DNA of 39,903 bases, taken from Brevundimonas sp. (GTDB lineage: Bacteria > Pseudomonadota > Alphaproteobacteria > Caulobacterales > Caulobacteraceae). The stretch covers positions 10,249 through 50,151 of the forward strand of contig JAVHYH010000001.1 in the NCBI GenBank assembly GCA_031119155.1, given 5' to 3'. A model generated the notes under the pieces. That model saw nothing but the letters and a program-made list of their open reading frames with translations. It was not told where the DNA came from and did not search any database. This document shows positions 35,814 to 39,903 of this stretch, one piece after another; within the stretch, counting starts at the first letter, position 1; each line of letters starts with the position of its first letter. The position numbers were made by a program, and so were the translations under genes.

Positions 35814-36776
35814 TTACTGGCTGGCCACCGGGCGGCGCGAATCCAGCTCGAACTGGCGCTGCATCTCCGCGGCGATCTCACGCTCCTGATATCCACGGCT
35901 GGGACGGCCGGTGGGCGTCCGGTACAGCGAGCGGAGGTAGGACCAGTCCCACTCCGTCAGGGTATCGCTCCCGCGCGGCTCCGAGAACAGCGACAGGATG
36001 CTGGGGAAGGCCGTTGCGCGCGCCTCGGGATCGATCTGCGACAGGATCACCATGGCGGTGTAGTCGGCCAGGGCGGTGAAGGAGGCGTCGCCGATCTTCG
36101 AGGTGTCCACGATCACGATGCCCTGCTGCAGGTCCTGTCGCATGCCGGACCCCAGACGTGACAAGCGGTTCACTACGACCTGCGGCACCTCATATTCCTG
36201 TCCGTCCGGCGGCGGCGTCACGACCGTAACCATCTGCACCGGCTGTCCGGTGGAGTCGGACACATCCTGCGACAGATGCCACCAGCGCACCGGCCGATCA
36301 CTGGCGATGAAGGCGTCCAGATCCGCGCGTGTCAGCAAGGGGCCGAGTCGCTCGGAGGGAAGGAAGGCCCTAAGGCTGCTTTCGGCCAGGGCGGTCGCCG
36401 TGCCCGGACCGTCATTGGTGAAGATCACCAGCATGTTGGCCCGGCAGCCCGGCCCATCAACCGCCACGCCGACGTTCAGGGCGACGCGCGCGATGTGGTC
36501 GATAAAGGGCTCGGCGTACTCCCGGCGGACGTTCGCCGTTCCGACGCAGATCGGACGGTTCCAGCGCGCCATCAGCCGCATCGGAGGCCCGCCGCCGATT
36601 TCGTTGATATAGGCTCGCAGTTCTTCCTTCGCGACGCGCTCTCCGCGGACCACGACCTCGCTGAGCTCCGACGGATCCGTCGCGGTCTGCGCGGCGGGCG
36701 GTTGGCTGGCCGGCGCATCCTGGATCGGGCCGCCATGCAGAAGCGCAAGGACGGCAAGGGCGGCGCTGAACGACAT
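35814..36776 (-). CDS. Secreted hypothetical protein with TonB-box-like N-terminal motif
   Basis: Signal peptide, ELSEVVVRG, RWNRPIC, CRANMLVIF, PVRWW, PSILSLF, LTEWDWSYLRSLY; SD GGAGA. Confidence 0.8.
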   Translation of the reverse strand: MSFSAALAVLALLHGGPIQDAPASQPPAAQTATDPSELSEVVVRGERVAKEELRAYINEIGGGPPMRLMARWNRPICVGTANVRREYAEPFIDHIARVALNVGVAVDGPGCRANMLVIFTNDGPGTATALAESSLRAFLPSERLGPLLTRADLDAFIASDRPVRWWHLSQDVSDSTGQPVQMVTVVTPPPDGQEYEVPQVVVNRLSRLGSGMRQDLQQGIVIVDTSKIGDASFTALADYTAMVILSQIDPEARATAFPSILSLFSEPRGSDTLTEWDWSYLRSLYRTPTGRPSRGYQEREIAAEMQRQFELDSRRPVASQ

Positions 36777-36929
36777 GGCACGGTCTCCGGCGGCGTCAAA
36801 CCTCGGGGGCCGCGTACGGAGGATCAGCCGAGAATGGTCGCGCTTGCAAGCCGTGATTGCGGTACGCCCGGCGTTCTTCCTGCAGTCAGCCGGATGCGAA
36901 AGGGTCAGCCTGAGGGACCATGGCGGAAA

Positions 36930-37006
36930 TGGTGGCTGGAGGCGGGCTCGAACCGCCGACCTGTGGGTTATGAATCCACCGCTCTAACCAGCTGAGCTAC
37001 CCAGCC
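36930..37006 (-). tRNA. tRNA-Met (CAT), probably elongator
   Basis: GGCTGGGTAGCTCAGCTGGTTAGAGCGGTGGATTCATAACCCACAGGTCGGCGGTTCGAGCCCGCCTCCAGCCACCA; 77 nt with encoded CCA; paired 1-72 so not initiator; Ile2 not fully excluded. Confidence 0.93.
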
Positions 37007-37142
37007 CCTCAGGGGGTTCGGCGGGAACTGGTCTGACCGCCGAAGAGGCGTGCCTATAGAGGCGAGACGGGGCGGGATCAAGTCGCTTCGAAACACAGAT
37101 GCATCGGGGCGATCCGCCGCATCCCCGTGACGACCGCCCATC

Positions 37143-37168
37143 GGAACTGTAACGACAGCTGAGCCGTT
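37143..37168 (+). promoter_or_regulatory. SigT/EcfG-type promoter
   Basis: GGAAC-N17-CGTT, 31 bp upstream of the PQQ dehydrogenase start. Confidence 0.7.
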
Positions 37169-37199
37169 TCGCGGCCGACTGTTTCTCCGGGAGTTTGCC

Positions 37200-38429
37200 A
37201 TGCGCCTGTTCGCCCTCGCCGCCACCGTTTCCGCCCTCGCCATGGCCGCCGCCTGCGGCGCCAACGGGCAGGATGCGCCGCCTGCGGGTCAGGCGGGCGC
37301 GCCTCTGGAGAACCGCCCGGCCAACAACCCGGCCCAGCAGCCGGCGATCGAGGGCCAGACCCGCGCCCCCGCCGTCCGCACCGAGGCGGCTCTCACGCAC
37401 GCCGTCGTGGCCTCGGGCCTGCAGAACCCCTGGGGCCTCGCCCTGCTGCCGGACGGCCGCTGGCTGGTGACCGAAAAGCCGGGCCGCCTGCGCATCGTCA
37501 CCGCCGAGGGGCAGATCAGCGAGCCCGTCGCGGGCCTGCCGGCGGTCTCGGCGCGCGGGCAGGGCGGTCTGCTGGATGTCATCGTCGGCCCCACCTTCGG
37601 GCAGGATCGCCTGATCTACTGGAGCTATGCCGAGCCGCGTGAAGGCGGCAACGCCACCTCCGTCGCCCGCGGTCGTCTGTCGGATGACGGAAGCCGTCTG
37701 GAGAATGTGCAGGTCATCTTCCGCGCTCTGCCGATCTACGACGGCGACAAGCATTTCGGTTCGTCCCTGGCCTTCGCCCCCGACGGCAAGCTGTTCATCA
37801 CCCTGGGCGAGCGGTCTGACCGCCCCATGCGCCCGCAGGCGCAGGACCTCGGTTCGCACATGGGCAAGACCATTCGCATCAACGCCGACGGTTCGGTCCC
37901 GTCCGACAACCCCTACGTCGGCCAGGCCGGCGCCCTGCCGGAAATCTGGTCGCTGGGGCATCGCAATGCGCAGGGCATCGCCATCACCCCGACCGGCGAC
38001 GTCTGGACCATCGAGCACGGCACCCGCGGCGGCGATGAGCTGAACCTCGACCGCGCTGGCGTGAACTACGGCTGGCCGATCGTCGCCTACGGGATCGAGT
38101 ACGCCGGCGGGGCGATCAACGAGGGCATCACCGCCCGCGAGGGGCTGGAGCAGCCGGTCTATTACTGGGATCCGGTCATCGCTCCGGGCGGCATGGCCTA
38201 CTACGACGGCGCCATGTTCCCGGGCTGGCGCGGCAACCTGCTGGTCGCGGGCCTGAAGGAGAAGCGGATCTCGCGGCTGGTGCTCGAGAACAACCGGGTC
38301 GTCGGCGAGGAGTATCTGCTGACCGATCTGGGCGAGCGCGTCCGTGACGTGGCGGTCGGCCCCGACGGCGCCGTCTGGGCGATCACCGACGAGACCAACG
38401 GCAAGCTGGTTCGTCTGTCGACGCAGTAG
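37200..38429 (+). CDS. PQQ-dependent sugar (aldose) dehydrogenase, YliI/GSDH family lipoprotein
   Basis: Lipobox AAAC; GLQNPWGLA, GQGGLLDV, HFGS, SLGHRNAQG, EHGTRGGDELN, NYGWP, RVRDV. Confidence 0.93.
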   Translation: MRLFALAATVSALAMAAACGANGQDAPPAGQAGAPLENRPANNPAQQPAIEGQTRAPAVRTEAALTHAVVASGLQNPWGLALLPDGRWLVTEKPGRLRIVTAEGQISEPVAGLPAVSARGQGGLLDVIVGPTFGQDRLIYWSYAEPREGGNATSVARGRLSDDGSRLENVQVIFRALPIYDGDKHFGSSLAFAPDGKLFITLGERSDRPMRPQAQDLGSHMGKTIRINADGSVPSDNPYVGQAGALPEIWSLGHRNAQGIAITPTGDVWTIEHGTRGGDELNLDRAGVNYGWPIVAYGIEYAGGAINEGITAREGLEQPVYYWDPVIAPGGMAYYDGAMFPGWRGNLLVAGLKEKRISRLVLENNRVVGEEYLLTDLGERVRDVAVGPDGAVWAITDETNGKLVRLSTQ

Positions 38430-38503
38430 GGTTCTCGTTAATCGAAATATCGACGGTTTACGAAATCCTGAATCCACCCTAGGGTTGTTTCTTCTCCGGG
38501 GGG

Positions 38504-39794
38504 ATGAAGATGCGAACTCTTTCGACGGTTATTGGAATGGCGGCGCTGGCTTTCGCGCCGTCGCCCGGGTCGGCGCAAGACGCGGCCTCACCGGCTCAGT
38601 CGGCTTTACCCGTAACGGTTGTTTCCGGTGGTCCGGCTGCCGGCGCGCCGTCAGATGTCGTCTGTCCTGCCAGCCGGCCCGGCATGCGGCAGGGGCGGCC
38701 GGGTGCGGCGGCGAACCGGGCCTGCGCCATCGAGTTCCTTGTGGCCCAGCGACGTCAAAGCCTCACGGCTTTCGACGCTCCGGCTCCGGATCAGCAGGAC
38801 AGGGCGGAATTAAACGCCGCCAGGGCCAGGCAGTGGCGCGGCCTGCTCGCCGGGTCTGAAATGCTCCGGAATTTCTACCTCGCGCGGGGCGAGGGCGGGC
38901 AGTTCATCCATGACCGGGGCGCTGAACTGGCCGGCATCGGGGGCACCGGCGCGGCCCTGAGCACCGCCTCAAGCGCCGGGACAGTGGCGACCTGGGGCTA
39001 TGTCGCACTCGCCAGCGTCCTGGTCGTGAGTTTCACCGGAAGCAAGCCGAGGGGCGACCTGTACCATGCGGGGCATCTGGGGGTCGGCTTCATCGAGAAC
39101 CGCTACATGGTGTTGATGAACCACAGCGTGGCGCTCGACAGCGCACCTCCCGGGAATGCGGCCTGTTCTCTGCCGAGCGACAACCAGGGCGGCCAGAGGG
39201 GGCTGGGTGTCATCCTCGAGCAGCTTGGAAAGGTTGAGGCCTGGCCGGACGCCGCTGACCGGGCCGCCTTCTTGCCGGTTCTCCGGAGCCTCGCCGAGGT
39301 CTGCTCTGCGGTGAATGTCGGCGAGCGACAGATCACGGAGATGGCCGGGCGCCTGAACCGTGCGGACAGACTGTGGTCGGCCGCCTATGCGGATGATCTT
39401 CTGGCTCTCGACGCGCGGGTGGAAAGGGCCGATGTGCTGCTCAGGCCGGTCCCCGCCGCCGCCCTCACCGGCGCCGCTTCCGGGACTCTTCGGGCGCTGG
39501 ACGGCCTGATCTCCGGCCAGAACCCGCAGGAAGCCGTGAACCGGATCAGCACCAATGCCCTGCTGGACAGCATGACGGTCTCGCTGACGCCGATTCATGT
39601 CGGCACGCCGCCCCGGCCGGTCGAGGCGAGCGTGGTGATAAGTTCAGAGCTGATGGCGCGGGTCACCCATGTAGGCCGGGCGGCGCGTGACAAGCCTTCG
39701 GACTCGCGCGCCGACACCCGCGCCTGCCGCTGCGCCTGTCGTCGCGGCGCTTTCGGAACCGCAGGTCCAGCCGCCGCTGACGACGCCGAAGTAA
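38504..39794 (+). pseudogene. Secreted/membrane hypothetical protein gene, apparently frameshifted near 39675-39711
   Basis: ORF MKMRTLSTVIGMAALAFAPSPGSAQD... stays open to the window end (so absent from the ORF track); a plausible tail PTPAPAAAPVVAALSEPQVQPPLTTPK* ends at 39794 in the +1 frame. Confidence 0.6.
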
Positions 39795-39822
39795 GCGGCT
39801 GGAGTCAAAGGGGCGAGTGCTG

Positions 39823-39903
39823 TCAGTCGCGCAGCAGTTCGTTGACGCCGGTCTTGGCCCGCGTCTGGGCGTCCACACGCTTGACGATGACGGCGCAGTA
39901 CAG
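39823..39903 (-). CDS. dapD: 3' end of tetrahydrodipicolinate N-succinyltransferase (partial)
   Basis: Minus-strand translation LYCAVIVKRVDAQTRAKTGVNELLRD*, the characteristic DapD C-terminus. Confidence 0.9.
   Translation of the reverse strand: MYCAVIVKRVDAQTRAKTGVNELLRD

Noticed and set aside
36909-37013. 8-bp inverted repeat CCTGAGGG/CCCTCAGG flanking the tRNA
   Set aside because: Short and GC-rich; could be a pre-tRNA stem but is indistinguishable from chance

Overview
High-GC alphaproteobacterial chromosome segment. Gene content and order (gcrA, podJ, zitP, ftsEX, argD/argF/argH, lysA) point to Caulobacteraceae, most likely Brevundimonas. It is mostly core genome: apaG, gcrA, an ABC permease, argD-argF, podJ, a TauE/TIGR02186 pair, hisC, a DinG helicase, an Lhr-PdeM repair pair, ftsEX-ydcF-plsC, zitP-hpt, argH-lipoprotein-lysA, tlpA, a LysR/ADH/AKR cassette, tRNA-Met, a PQQ sugar dehydrogenase and the 3' end of dapD. 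I found no integrase, transposase, CRISPR array or rRNA. The most notable signals are non-coding. (1) Tandem NrdR-box-like 16-mers spaced 31-32 bp apart are interleaved with CtrA/DnaA-like sites in both the gcrA and podJ promoters. (2) Three hairpin elements have arms built from 7-nt periodic repeats, and two of them bracket gcrA. (3) Two CIR-like compound palindromes lie in the lhr-pdeM operon: one is inserted in frame in the helicase and one carries an ORF bridging the two genes. (4) An identical 16-bp LexA-box-like direct repeat flanks an MBL gene between two divergent helicases. (5) Four SigT/EcfG-type promoters, an antitoxin-like remnant and a frameshifted secreted-protein gene are also present. 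All calls come from reading the sequence and recalling family motifs; no database searches were run.
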